Sequence record: SRR20825006_868
Reading direction: 5' to 3' (one strand)
Length of the DNA: 64,000 bases
In this document: positions 39,401 through 46,775 of the stretch, piece by piece
How positions within the stretch are numbered: the first letter of the stretch is position 1
Layout of the letters: each line of letters opens with the position of its first letter
Translations under genes and position numbers: made by a program
Notes under the pieces: generated by a model
The model's database searches: none
Told to the model about the DNA's origin: nothing
Seen by the model: only the letters and a program-made list of their open reading frames with translations

Positions 39401-39708
39401 CTTTCGTCGCTCAGATAAGTCAGAAACTGACCATCTGCACTGAACTGCGGACTACGTTGCGCCACAGAGCCTTGATGGATCGCGACAGCCTTACCTCCCG
39501 AAGCTGGCATAACGTAAATATCGTTCAGGAGGTCGAATGAAATGAACTTCCCGTCTGGACTGACGTCCAGGCTCATCCATGTTCCTTCCGACAGGTCCAG
39601 ATTGACGGTTTTAACGCCAGTATGACTGCTGAGGCTGTCTCCGGAGGCGGGAGCCGGGTGCGCCGCAGCGTAAGCAAGAACGAATAAAATCAGTAAGCGG
39701 ATGTGCAT
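36469..39708 (-). CDS. Exported amidohydrolase with N-terminal PD40/TolB-like propellers (copy 2)
   Basis: Signal peptide, EGTWMSLDVSPDG, MPGLFDAHGH, LKSY, VGSHGQ, GSIKAGKLADI. Confidence 0.9.
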   Translation of the reverse strand: MHIRLLILFVLAYAAAHPAPASGDSLSSHTGVKTVNLDLSEGTWMSLDVSPDGKFISFDLLNDIYVMPASGGKAVAIHQGSVAQRSPQFSADGQFLTYLSDESGADNVWVSRVDGSEARQVTQESHAMIAGPAWAADGKSIAAVKTYSDIFRVRNSEIHLYSLDGTSDEIIVSPPQSGKDVQEPRFSPDGRYLYYTERIGGDHYVYMNTGLKNFAINKLDLETGKKRRAISGFGGASTPQVSPDGNSVAFIRRLGAKTVLFVKDLETGYEQPIYDELGRDLHGDYLPQEHYYPSFDWFPDNRTIAIWAKGKIVRIDTHSASAEEIPFSLTSRHELQPAIRVKQDLAPEQVTIRTLRQLAPQPNGQTMLFRAVGKLWKIKMDAPARPARLTTSDAAESDPAWSPDGQKIVYTNWTDQTGSRLVIRNAATGEERTIVESRGVIREPRFSNSGDLIAYRIMEPDPSFNAAGPETGIYIVDASGGTSRFLSPSSSLVGFSADDSRLFLFAEPAFYDRRASVLMSVNLDGGNPQEHAIAETADIRNLSLSPDQAWLGFKYHNRPYVMPFDIRDEPIVLSMEDNSSARLLSETGGYEMSWSADASRLYWTMGAEILSVEPATQSAAIQSTPIQMEMQTDIPEGIIAFVGGKIIPIEGEVIENGIVIVEGNRITAVGPRSKVKIPRNATRIDIKGKTLMPGLFDAHGHIECCFRSGTMPQQHPTRLAALAYGITTNFDPYSNDLMSYESGEMTLTGDLVGPRWLKSGQVVHGLEGRTDGVYHPLASIEDARNVLQRRTALGPSILKSYKLSTRAQRQRLLQAAREYGYMVDGEGAGQFYTNIGMIIDGHTNLEHNLPVATYYEDLQKLIAASDVSMTPTLIVTFGELFGENFIYENEDPWKEDKVRTFIPDVNNAYNPIAGPGGAPLHVRCMHSIHVSDEIYDIGFRSVGRSLTKLAEAGATVNVGSHGQASGIAMHWEMLLFAESGMAPLDILRAATLNGAKTYGLDHQLGSIKAGKLADIIILDKDPTVDIRNANSVRYTMVNGRLYDAHTMNEIGNYDRPRKEFYWETQPTNGIDWKWTWSGD

Positions 39709-39779
39709 TTTTGTCTCTCCTACTGACGTCAGGTTAGCATCTCCGTCAGTTCAGGGGTGATGCAATCTGTCGGTGACCT

Positions 39780-39796
39780 GGTGCTCATGATGCACC
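39780..39796. promoter_or_regulatory. LysR-type box 6
   Basis: ggtgctcatgatgcacc; GATGC at 39759 (-21). Confidence 0.8.
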
Positions 39797-39870
39797 GATC
39801 CTAGCGCAATACGCAGTGCCTGTGCGCTTTGGTTGCAGATACATTCCGTGCTTCACCTCAGGAGATTTTC

Positions 39871-40353
39871 ATGAACCAAACAGTCAATACGGTGTGCGGC
39901 GTTGCCATGTTCGGCCTTGCCATCGGCACAACAGGGTGCACCAGCCTGCCGACGTCGGACGTGCACGCAACAGCCCCGCAAATCGAGGCAGAATTGATGG
40001 CAGTTGATCGCGCTTATGAAGCCTACAATCTCGCGCATGGCTATGAAGCAGCGTCTCTGAAGTTTGTGGATTTTGAAAAAGGTTTCATGATCGAAGCAGG
40101 TGAGGGGTTTCTGACAGGCCAGGCGGCTATCATGGCCGAGCGACAGTTGGACATGGTTCCGTCGCCCGTTCATTGGCAGCCTGAAGGCGCTATGGGTGCG
40201 GCGAGTGGTAATTTGGGAATCACTTGGGGAAGTTTCGTCGTCGATGGCGATCCCGATACGACGGGTGATTATGTAACCGTCTGGCGGAAAGTGAACGGCG
40301 AGTGGAAGATCGTAACTGATACGGCAGTCGACGATCCTGACCCAGCTGATTAA
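39871..40353 (+). CDS. NTF2/DUF4440-like lipoprotein
   Basis: RBS AGGAG, lipobox TTGC, SGNLGITWG, GDYVTVWRK..GEWKIV.D. Confidence 0.75.
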   Translation: MNQTVNTVCGVAMFGLAIGTTGCTSLPTSDVHATAPQIEAELMAVDRAYEAYNLAHGYEAASLKFVDFEKGFMIEAGEGFLTGQAAIMAERQLDMVPSPVHWQPEGAMGAASGNLGITWGSFVVDGDPDTTGDYVTVWRKVNGEWKIVTDTAVDDPDPAD

Positions 40354-40469
40354 CCGGGAAAGTCGGGCGCAACGCCAATTCATCCTGCTTTTCGTGAATG
40401 AACTTCATGACATGAGGCGTGGGGTGAGTTGATGTTGTGCCAATCAGCTTATAACTCATCATGTTGCGG

Positions 40470-41093
40470 CTAGCCTTGATTTGCTGGCCAGTCTTGCAGC
40501 ATCGCTTCCATGGTTGGTTCGCCAATTTGGCGATTGTAAACGCCTGAATAAATACGCGTTATCCAAGTCCGCATCACGTCCTTGCTGATTGATGTGTCCA
40601 TTCCGTTCGGATGGTACATCAGATCAAGTGCGGGCGGTGACTCGGAGTTTAGTTGAGGCATCTTGTAGGAAACAGATTCGACCGTAAGGCACCCGAGTCT
40701 CTCATAGTAGCGTTTCCGCCTGCGTTGCAGTCCGCGTTCCGCCTCTGGGCCACATTCGGCCTCGACTTCGATCAACAAGGTGCGACCATGCGATAATTCC
40801 AGAGCATGTTCGAACAGCGCTTGTCCGATGCCCTGTCCTCGGCACCCTTGTCGTGTCGCGAGATATTCGAGAAGCGAAAAGGTGTTCTGATCAGGGAGAA
40901 AGATTACCGAAAAGCCGACCACCTGCTTGCCTCGCCTAGCCGCGATCACTGCGTAGTCATTTCGCTCCAACAGTGTGGCAAGCTCGGCCCTGGTTTTGCG
41001 CTCAGCTGCGGGAAGGGCGCTTTCATAGATCGCGAAGACTGCATCGAAATCGTCCGGGGCTGCCAGGGCCCCAGATATACGTGAAAGCTGCAT
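40470..41093 (-). CDS. GNAT family N-acetyltransferase
   Basis: LEYLAT..CRGQGIG motif A, RRKRYYERLG; RBS AGGAG before ATG 41093. Confidence 0.82.
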   Translation of the reverse strand: MQLSRISGALAAPDDFDAVFAIYESALPAAERKTRAELATLLERNDYAVIAARRGKQVVGFSVIFLPDQNTFSLLEYLATRQGCRGQGIGQALFEHALELSHGRTLLIEVEAECGPEAERGLQRRRKRYYERLGCLTVESVSYKMPQLNSESPPALDLMYHPNGMDTSISKDVMRTWITRIYSGVYNRQIGEPTMEAMLQDWPANQG

Positions 41094-41261
41094 GTATCGC
41101 TCCTGACAGGTGCAAAATGGACGTTTCCGATGATGCGCACACGATAGTCTGGTACCATGGCATGGCAGTAATTTGTAATCGGCGTGCAAGCATGAAATCG
41201 CGTTCCCGCCCTGGTTCATTCAAATGGCACGTCATGCGAGCGAAGCACTGAAGCACTCCGG

Positions 41262-41442
41262 TTCGTTAATCGGGGCCGATCAGTGTCGAGGCGACGCCCG
41301 TCGCATGATCTACACTGCGGAGATTGAAAGTGTAAATCAGCTGCTCTCTGTACTCGTGGACGATTGTTGCCATGGTCACCCGGAAGTTTGCTTGGCTTTG
41401 GCAAGCAAACAGTCAGCGCGTGACTGTCTTAATGTTCGATAA
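41262..41442 (+). pseudogene. Degenerate 3' half of an arsR gene homologous to 749..1084
   Basis: DARRMIYTAEIESVNQLLSVLVDDCCHGHPEVCLALASK vs DGRRMIYTARIDGVNQLLSVLVDNCCHGHPEVCDPLARK (31/39 identical); two apparent 1-nt deletions upstream; no N-terminal half. Confidence 0.9.
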
Positions 41443-41532
41443 GGGGTGATAATTAGTGACGCCAATTTTTTGAATGCTGAGGGTGATGGCAGGTGTTCCA
41501 GGCCTTTGGCGATGCTGTCGGTTCCCGCCTGT

Positions 41533-41558
41533 GCAACCAATATGATTGATATGAGTTG
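41533..41558 (+). promoter_or_regulatory. EcfG/SigT-like promoter
   Basis: GCAAC-N16-AGTTG, then RBS GAGGAG and ATG 41581. Confidence 0.5.
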
Positions 41559-41580
41559 ATTGTCTTTGAGGAGACAATTG

Positions 41581-41832
41581 ATGACACGCAAGACTTTAGA
41601 TCATCTGGGCTATCCGCGATCCACCGCCAAAGAAGCTGGCGAGATTCAGCAAGCTGCCGAGAGACGGCGCGAGCAGATGCTGCCCGGGAACGGCCCGTTC
41701 GAGCCAATACAGGAAGCGCCGGTGAGTCACTTCAAGGGTGAGGACGATTCAGTTGAACTGGGCCCCGAACCGGAAATCGGTCCCGTCGTTACTGAAAATA
41801 CATTGGTTGATGAAGAGTCCCGGGACTCGTGA
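41581..41832 (+). CDS. Small hypothetical protein with acidic C-terminus
   Basis: Strong RBS GAGGAG; 83-aa ORF MTRKTLDHLGYPR... Confidence 0.6.
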   Translation: MTRKTLDHLGYPRSTAKEAGEIQQAAERRREQMLPGNGPFEPIQEAPVSHFKGEDDSVELGPEPEIGPVVTENTLVDEESRDS

Positions 41833-41839
41833 TGACGCA

Positions 41840-43249
41840 TTAACCGCGCAACATTGTCTCCAGGTCCGCAATGGACCTGCTCCTTTTCCTGCGGGAACTT
41901 GCATTTTTGTCTAGCCGATTCAGGAAGGTTTCAGTCCACCAATAGACGTCGTGCAGAGAAATTTCATCCCACATGGCCTGATGGCGTTCAATTCGTTCGG
42001 TCAGGGGCATGGCGACGGCTTTGCGTATCGCGCCAGCAATAGAAGACGGATCGAAGGGATTGACCGTCAGGGCGCCAATGCCCAGCTGCTCTGCCGCCCC
42101 CGCAGATTCCGAGAGTATCAGTACACCGGGATCACTGGAATCCTGCGCAGTCACGTATTCTTTCGCCACCAGATTCATTCCATCGATCAGTGGTGTGACG
42201 AGACCAATCGCAGCCCGTCGATAGAGGCCTGCCAGATAGTCGCGGGGCACAGCGCGATGGATGTACTGGACAGGCATGTATCCAAGCTCGGCAAACTCTC
42301 CATTGACCTCACCGGATAACTGCTCAAGCTGGCGCCGGATATCCTGGTATGCTTCCACATTTTCGCGCGTCGGCGATGCGATTTGCAACAGTGTAAGGCG
42401 CTCACTTTCGGAATCCTGATCTTCCAGAAAGCGCTGAAATCCACGGAACTTGTGAGGCAGTCCTTTTGAATAATCCAATCGGTCCACGCCGATCAAAAGT
42501 TTCTGGCCAGGGTCGATCCGGGGTGACGTCATTTCCTGCGTCTCGGCTGTCTGCCGGAACGTCTTTGCATCTATCCCAATTGGAAAGCTGGCCGCCCAGA
42601 TATCCTGACCTTTGCAGCGGATTCTCCCGTCTGACAACAACTGTCCGCCGAAAGTGGCGCGGCAAACCTCGATCAGTGCAGAGACATCGCGTTGGGTTTG
42701 CAATCCCACGAGATCGTACGCAGCCAACCAATCCAGCAAGAATTCTTTGTGAGACATCGCGCGTACATTGTTCGAGGATGGGAATGGCGTGTGCAGAAAG
42801 AAACCGATCGGATTGTTGACGCCCAATTTGCGCAGTTCCGCAGCGAGAGGAATGAAGTGATAATCATGGATCCAGATCACATCGCCCTCCTGGATCAGGT
42901 TGACAGATGCTTCCGCCATCTTCCTGTTGACGCTGCTATAAGCTGCGAGTTGTCCTTCTTCGACATCCAGAAGGTCTGTGCGACCATGGAAAAGCGGCCA
43001 CAGGACGGAGTTCGAATATCCCAGGTAATAGTCGTTGTATTCGCCTTCCGGCAGATGAAGCGCGTGCCGGTCAAAGCTGGCTCCTTCATATGACTGGAGC
43101 GTATGCTGGCCTGTTCCGCTTTTCCCGGGCGTGGCGCCAATCCACACTCCCCCTCGCTGCTCCATCGTTCTTCCCAAGGCAACGACCAGTCCCCCAGACG
43201 GCGATGATCCCAATGGCAATCGGTTCGAAAAAACTACGAGTCTGGACAC
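41840..43249 (-). CDS. otsA: Trehalose-6-phosphate synthase (GT20)
   Basis: SRLVVFSNR, GGL, WIHDYH, GFFLHTPFP, GVDRLDYSKG, DGMNLVAKEY; GTG start with RBS GAGGA. Confidence 0.9.
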   Translation of the reverse strand: MSRLVVFSNRLPLGSSPSGGLVVALGRTMEQRGGVWIGATPGKSGTGQHTLQSYEGASFDRHALHLPEGEYNDYYLGYSNSVLWPLFHGRTDLLDVEEGQLAAYSSVNRKMAEASVNLIQEGDVIWIHDYHFIPLAAELRKLGVNNPIGFFLHTPFPSSNNVRAMSHKEFLLDWLAAYDLVGLQTQRDVSALIEVCRATFGGQLLSDGRIRCKGQDIWAASFPIGIDAKTFRQTAETQEMTSPRIDPGQKLLIGVDRLDYSKGLPHKFRGFQRFLEDQDSESERLTLLQIASPTRENVEAYQDIRRQLEQLSGEVNGEFAELGYMPVQYIHRAVPRDYLAGLYRRAAIGLVTPLIDGMNLVAKEYVTAQDSSDPGVLILSESAGAAEQLGIGALTVNPFDPSSIAGAIRKAVAMPLTERIERHQAMWDEISLHDVYWWTETFLNRLDKNASSRRKRSRSIADLETMLRG

Positions 43250-43300
43250 AGCATCCTCATCTTCTGGTTGATCAACGGCATTCCGGCCACAATGATCAAC

Positions 43301-43326
43301 CAACTCGCTAGAGCTGAAAAAGTTGC
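43301..43326 (-). promoter_or_regulatory. EcfG/SigT-like promoter of otsA
   Basis: Minus strand GCAAC-tttttcagctctagcg-AGTTG (N16). Confidence 0.5.
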
Positions 43327-43437
43327 GCCAAAATGAAGCAAACTGGCAGCTGGTTATTGGCGCGAGGAATTGGAGGAAATCTGTATAGTGAGCGTTTTGG
43401 CGAGCGCTGTACTTGCTGAACTATGAGTGCGCAAACT

Positions 43438-44328
43438 CTAGTGTTCTGCGTCACCTCCCAACAGGATCGCGCCGATCAGACCGGCATCATCTCCCAAGGC
43501 CGGAGTGCAAATGAGGTCTTCGGCAATCGGGTAATCCATTCCGAGATAGCCGTTCATCTGACGAACGAATTCGACGTGTATGCGGCTCAGCAGGTGCGGC
43601 GCCAACATAAGCCCCCCGCCCAGAATGATTCGGTTCAGGCGGGCTGTCAGGAACAAGCTGCGGCACGCCTGAGCCAGGTAATCAGCCGTGACGTCCCAAA
43701 CAGGATGATCTTGTGGAAGTTCACTAGGGTCCCCGGCCCGGGCGTGCACGGCCGTGGCGGAGGCAAGACCTTCCAGACAATCTTCATGATATGAGCAAAC
43801 GCTATTGAAGCTTGAGTCCAAGGGATGACGGTTCACAGGTATGTGGCCAAACTCCGGATGGTGGGGGTGTGCCAAGAGCTGATTATTGGCAAAAACACCT
43901 GCGCCAATACCGGTGCCAATAGTGACATAGGCAGCGGAGTCCACATGCTTCGCTGCTCCGTATGCCATCTCTGCCCTTAGAGCGCCGTTCACATCCGTGT
44001 CCAAGCGAACAGGTACTCCCATAGCAGAGCCGAACGCGGTCTTGAGGTCGGTTAGGGACCAACCGGGCTTTGGTGTTTGTAAAATGGTGCCATAAGTTGA
44101 AGACCGCGGATCGATATCGATCGGCCCGAAGCTGGCGATTCCGAACGAAGACAGGCGGTCGGTTTCGAAAACGGGCCGAAAAAAATTGATGCAGCTGGAA
44201 ATAGTTTCGTCTGGTGTCGAGACTTTGACGCGAAACTTCTGAACGATGTTACCTTTATCGTCCATGATGCCACATTTGAACGTGGTGCCGCCAGCATCGA
44301 TTCCGCCGCGAAAGTTTCTGGTCGACAT
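43438..44328 (-). CDS. ROK family fructokinase
   Basis: GIDAGGT, GIASFGP, TPKPGW, DTDVNGA, GTGIG, HPEFGH, C.YH.DCLEGLAS. Confidence 0.9.
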   Translation of the reverse strand: MSTRNFRGGIDAGGTTFKCGIMDDKGNIVQKFRVKVSTPDETISSCINFFRPVFETDRLSSFGIASFGPIDIDPRSSTYGTILQTPKPGWSLTDLKTAFGSAMGVPVRLDTDVNGALRAEMAYGAAKHVDSAAYVTIGTGIGAGVFANNQLLAHPHHPEFGHIPVNRHPLDSSFNSVCSYHEDCLEGLASATAVHARAGDPSELPQDHPVWDVTADYLAQACRSLFLTARLNRIILGGGLMLAPHLLSRIHVEFVRQMNGYLGMDYPIAEDLICTPALGDDAGLIGAILLGGDAEH

Positions 44329-44368
44329 AACCCGTTCCCCGATCATTTCAGAACTTCGAATATTCATT

Positions 44369-44382
44369 TGCAATCGATTGTA
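44369..44382. promoter_or_regulatory. LacI-family operator
   Basis: TGCAATCGATTGTA in the divergent kinase/MFS promoter. Confidence 0.8.
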
Positions 44383-44416
44383 TTTTTGTTATCACAATCG
44401 CGGAGGAGACAACAAG

Positions 44417-45667
44417 ATGACAAGAACACAAGTAGGGTCTGGCAAAAAGGGCGTCTCTGTAGCGCTCGTTTCCGCACTCACTTACGCGATGTTCTTTATG
44501 TTCGCCATGACGACCGATGCGGTCGGCGAGATCATCAAGATCGCGCGTGTGGACATGAATCTTTCCAATACTGAGGCGAGCGCGTTTCATTGGGCAACAA
44601 TGATTGCGATTGCCATGAGCGGGATCGGTCTGGGCTTTCTCGCGGATCGCTTCGGACGCAAGAAGACGATCATAGGTGGTTTGGCAATGTATGGCGTCGC
44701 CAGCGCACTTTTCATGACAGGCCAGTCCTTTCAGCTCTACTTTACACTGCTCTTCATTTCTGGCCTCGCCATCGGTGTGTTCAAGACCTCCGCATTGGCG
44801 TTGGTTGGAGACCTCGCGAATTCCACGGATGATCACACGTCACGCATGAACGCCGTTGAAGGCTTCTTCGGCGTCGGGGCCATCATCGGCCCATTGCTGG
44901 TAGTGTGGCTGACGGGACAGGGCTTGTCCTGGACCTGGCTGTACATGATAGCCGCATGTTTGTGCGCGCTGATGATCATCGCTGCGCTGGTGACAGAGTA
45001 TCCACCCATTACCGGTGAGAAGGAGACGCCAGCGTCGGTACGACACACGCTGTCACTTTTGGGTAATGCGCACGCGCTTGGTTTTTCCATGGCCATCGCC
45101 CTCTATGTCGCCTGCGAAGTCGCTATCTTTGTTTGGCTGCCAACCTTTCTCGAAGGGTTCACCGGAACCAACACCGCCATGATGTTTGCGGCATATGCGG
45201 TGATGATTTTCTTTGTATTGCGTGCTGTCGGACGGTTTCTTGGGGCTTGGATTCTCCGCATCGTTGACTGGAAGTTGGTAATGATGGCGTTCACTGCGAT
45301 CATTTTTGGCTGTTTTCTCGCAAGTGCGCTGATCGGTAAAACTGCGGCGGTTTTCCTGCTGCCGCTATCGGGCCTGTTCATGTCGATGATCTATCCGACT
45401 CTGAACTCCAAGGGCATCAGCTGTTTTCCAAAGAGCGATCATGGCGCAGTCGCAGGACTGATCCTGTTTTTTACCGCCGCGTCGGCGGCTTTTGCGCCTC
45501 TGTTGATGGCGGTGGCCAGTGATAGGTTTGGCGGAGGCGACATGCGGATTGGCTTCGTCCTCGCGACAGGCTTTGCAGGCTTATTGTTCGTGATGGGGCT
45601 TGTGAACTGGATTGCAAACCCTGCAGCGGCCGCTCTCAAGGCTGCAGACCAGTCGGAATATTCCTGA
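44417..45667 (+). CDS. MFS sugar transporter (FucP/GluP-like)
   Basis: GFLADRFGRKK, multiple TM helices, YVACEV, MSMIYPT; RBS GGAGGA. Confidence 0.9.
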   Translation: MTRTQVGSGKKGVSVALVSALTYAMFFMFAMTTDAVGEIIKIARVDMNLSNTEASAFHWATMIAIAMSGIGLGFLADRFGRKKTIIGGLAMYGVASALFMTGQSFQLYFTLLFISGLAIGVFKTSALALVGDLANSTDDHTSRMNAVEGFFGVGAIIGPLLVVWLTGQGLSWTWLYMIAACLCALMIIAALVTEYPPITGEKETPASVRHTLSLLGNAHALGFSMAIALYVACEVAIFVWLPTFLEGFTGTNTAMMFAAYAVMIFFVLRAVGRFLGAWILRIVDWKLVMMAFTAIIFGCFLASALIGKTAAVFLLPLSGLFMSMIYPTLNSKGISCFPKSDHGAVAGLILFFTAASAAFAPLLMAVASDRFGGGDMRIGFVLATGFAGLLFVMGLVNWIANPAAAALKAADQSEYS

Positions 45668-45676
45668 GGATAGTTT

Positions 45677-46774
45677 ATGAGTCGCCGTACAGCGCCGATC
45701 CCTGATCCATGCGATCTATCCTTTTCGGGAGACATTCGTCATCCAGATCTTTGGTTGTGGGACTCTTGGACGATTCAGTCGGGGAAAGGGCACTTGCATC
45801 TATACTGTCTGGCGCTCAGTCGGACGGACTTCGATGGATCACCAATCCTGCCGCCGCAGCGCAACGACCATTCCTTTCATATTCGGCATTTCCGTTCAGC
45901 CGACAATGGTCTCTCGTGGCGCGATCAAGGTGTGGCGATCCAGCCCGGCGGCGCGTCCGATGGCGCAGATGCGTTCAACGTGTGGAGTGGTTCTGTCATC
46001 ATGGGAAAAACGGGCCAAACCCTCTTCGGATATACCGGGGTCCGTAACATCTCCCCGGCGCGAACTTTCCTGCAGACTATTTGTGTAGGGGCAGGCCCAA
46101 CACCGGATGCCATGACCACTGTGCCTGCTGCCGCGATCAGTTGTCCCCTGCGCGACTATGACCAGATCACTCGCCTGGGGTTTTATCTGGGGCCACTGGA
46201 TAGACTGGGTGACCGGGCTGGAGAAGAGGGCGGTCCCATAATGGCTTGGCGCGATCCGTTCCTGGTGCGGGATCACAATGACGAACTCAATGCCTTCTGG
46301 TCTGCCAAGATCGGACCAACGAGGCCTGCCATAGCGCGCGCGCGACTCACGGAAGGGCCGGCTGGCGTCTCGATGACGGAGTTGCTGCCTCCGATCGAAC
46401 TGCCCGACGCAGCCGAATATACTCAGTCTGAAGTCCCGAAACTCTATCACGACAAAGCATCGGATCTCTGGCTACTCCTCGTATCAGCCTGTAATCGCCA
46501 ATATGAAGGCCAGCCTGATAGCGAAGTGGAGTTTCAGCAAAGACTGTACACATCAGCATCATTGGATGGGCAATGGGAGTCAGCGCTGGTGTCTGGCAGC
46601 GTGCTGACAGGCCTTGATGGCATGTTCGGATGTAGTCTTGTGGACCATGATCTTGTGGCGGGTACGTTGAGCGTACTCGGTCCGTTTACTGAGCAAGCGG
46701 GCCCGGAGAAGCAGCTGAGTTTTCCGCCAGTGCGAAATATTTCTCTGACTTCGGTGTCTGGTCCAGCAGCGTAG
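45677..46774 (+). CDS. Clan GH-J (GH68-like) beta-fructosidase, no signal peptide
   Basis: WLWDSW, WSGS, WRDPF, QSEVP catalytic motifs. Confidence 0.78.
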   Translation: MSRRTAPIPDPCDLSFSGDIRHPDLWLWDSWTIQSGKGHLHLYCLALSRTDFDGSPILPPQRNDHSFHIRHFRSADNGLSWRDQGVAIQPGGASDGADAFNVWSGSVIMGKTGQTLFGYTGVRNISPARTFLQTICVGAGPTPDAMTTVPAAAISCPLRDYDQITRLGFYLGPLDRLGDRAGEEGGPIMAWRDPFLVRDHNDELNAFWSAKIGPTRPAIARARLTEGPAGVSMTELLPPIELPDAAEYTQSEVPKLYHDKASDLWLLLVSACNRQYEGQPDSEVEFQQRLYTSASLDGQWESALVSGSVLTGLDGMFGCSLVDHDLVAGTLSVLGPFTEQAGPEKQLSFPPVRNISLTSVSGPAA

Positions 46775-46775
46775 C

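Noticed and set aside
45677-46774. Secreted levansucrase for exopolysaccharide synthesis
   Set aside because: No signal peptide, short length, and context of importer, fructokinase and LacI indicates catabolism.
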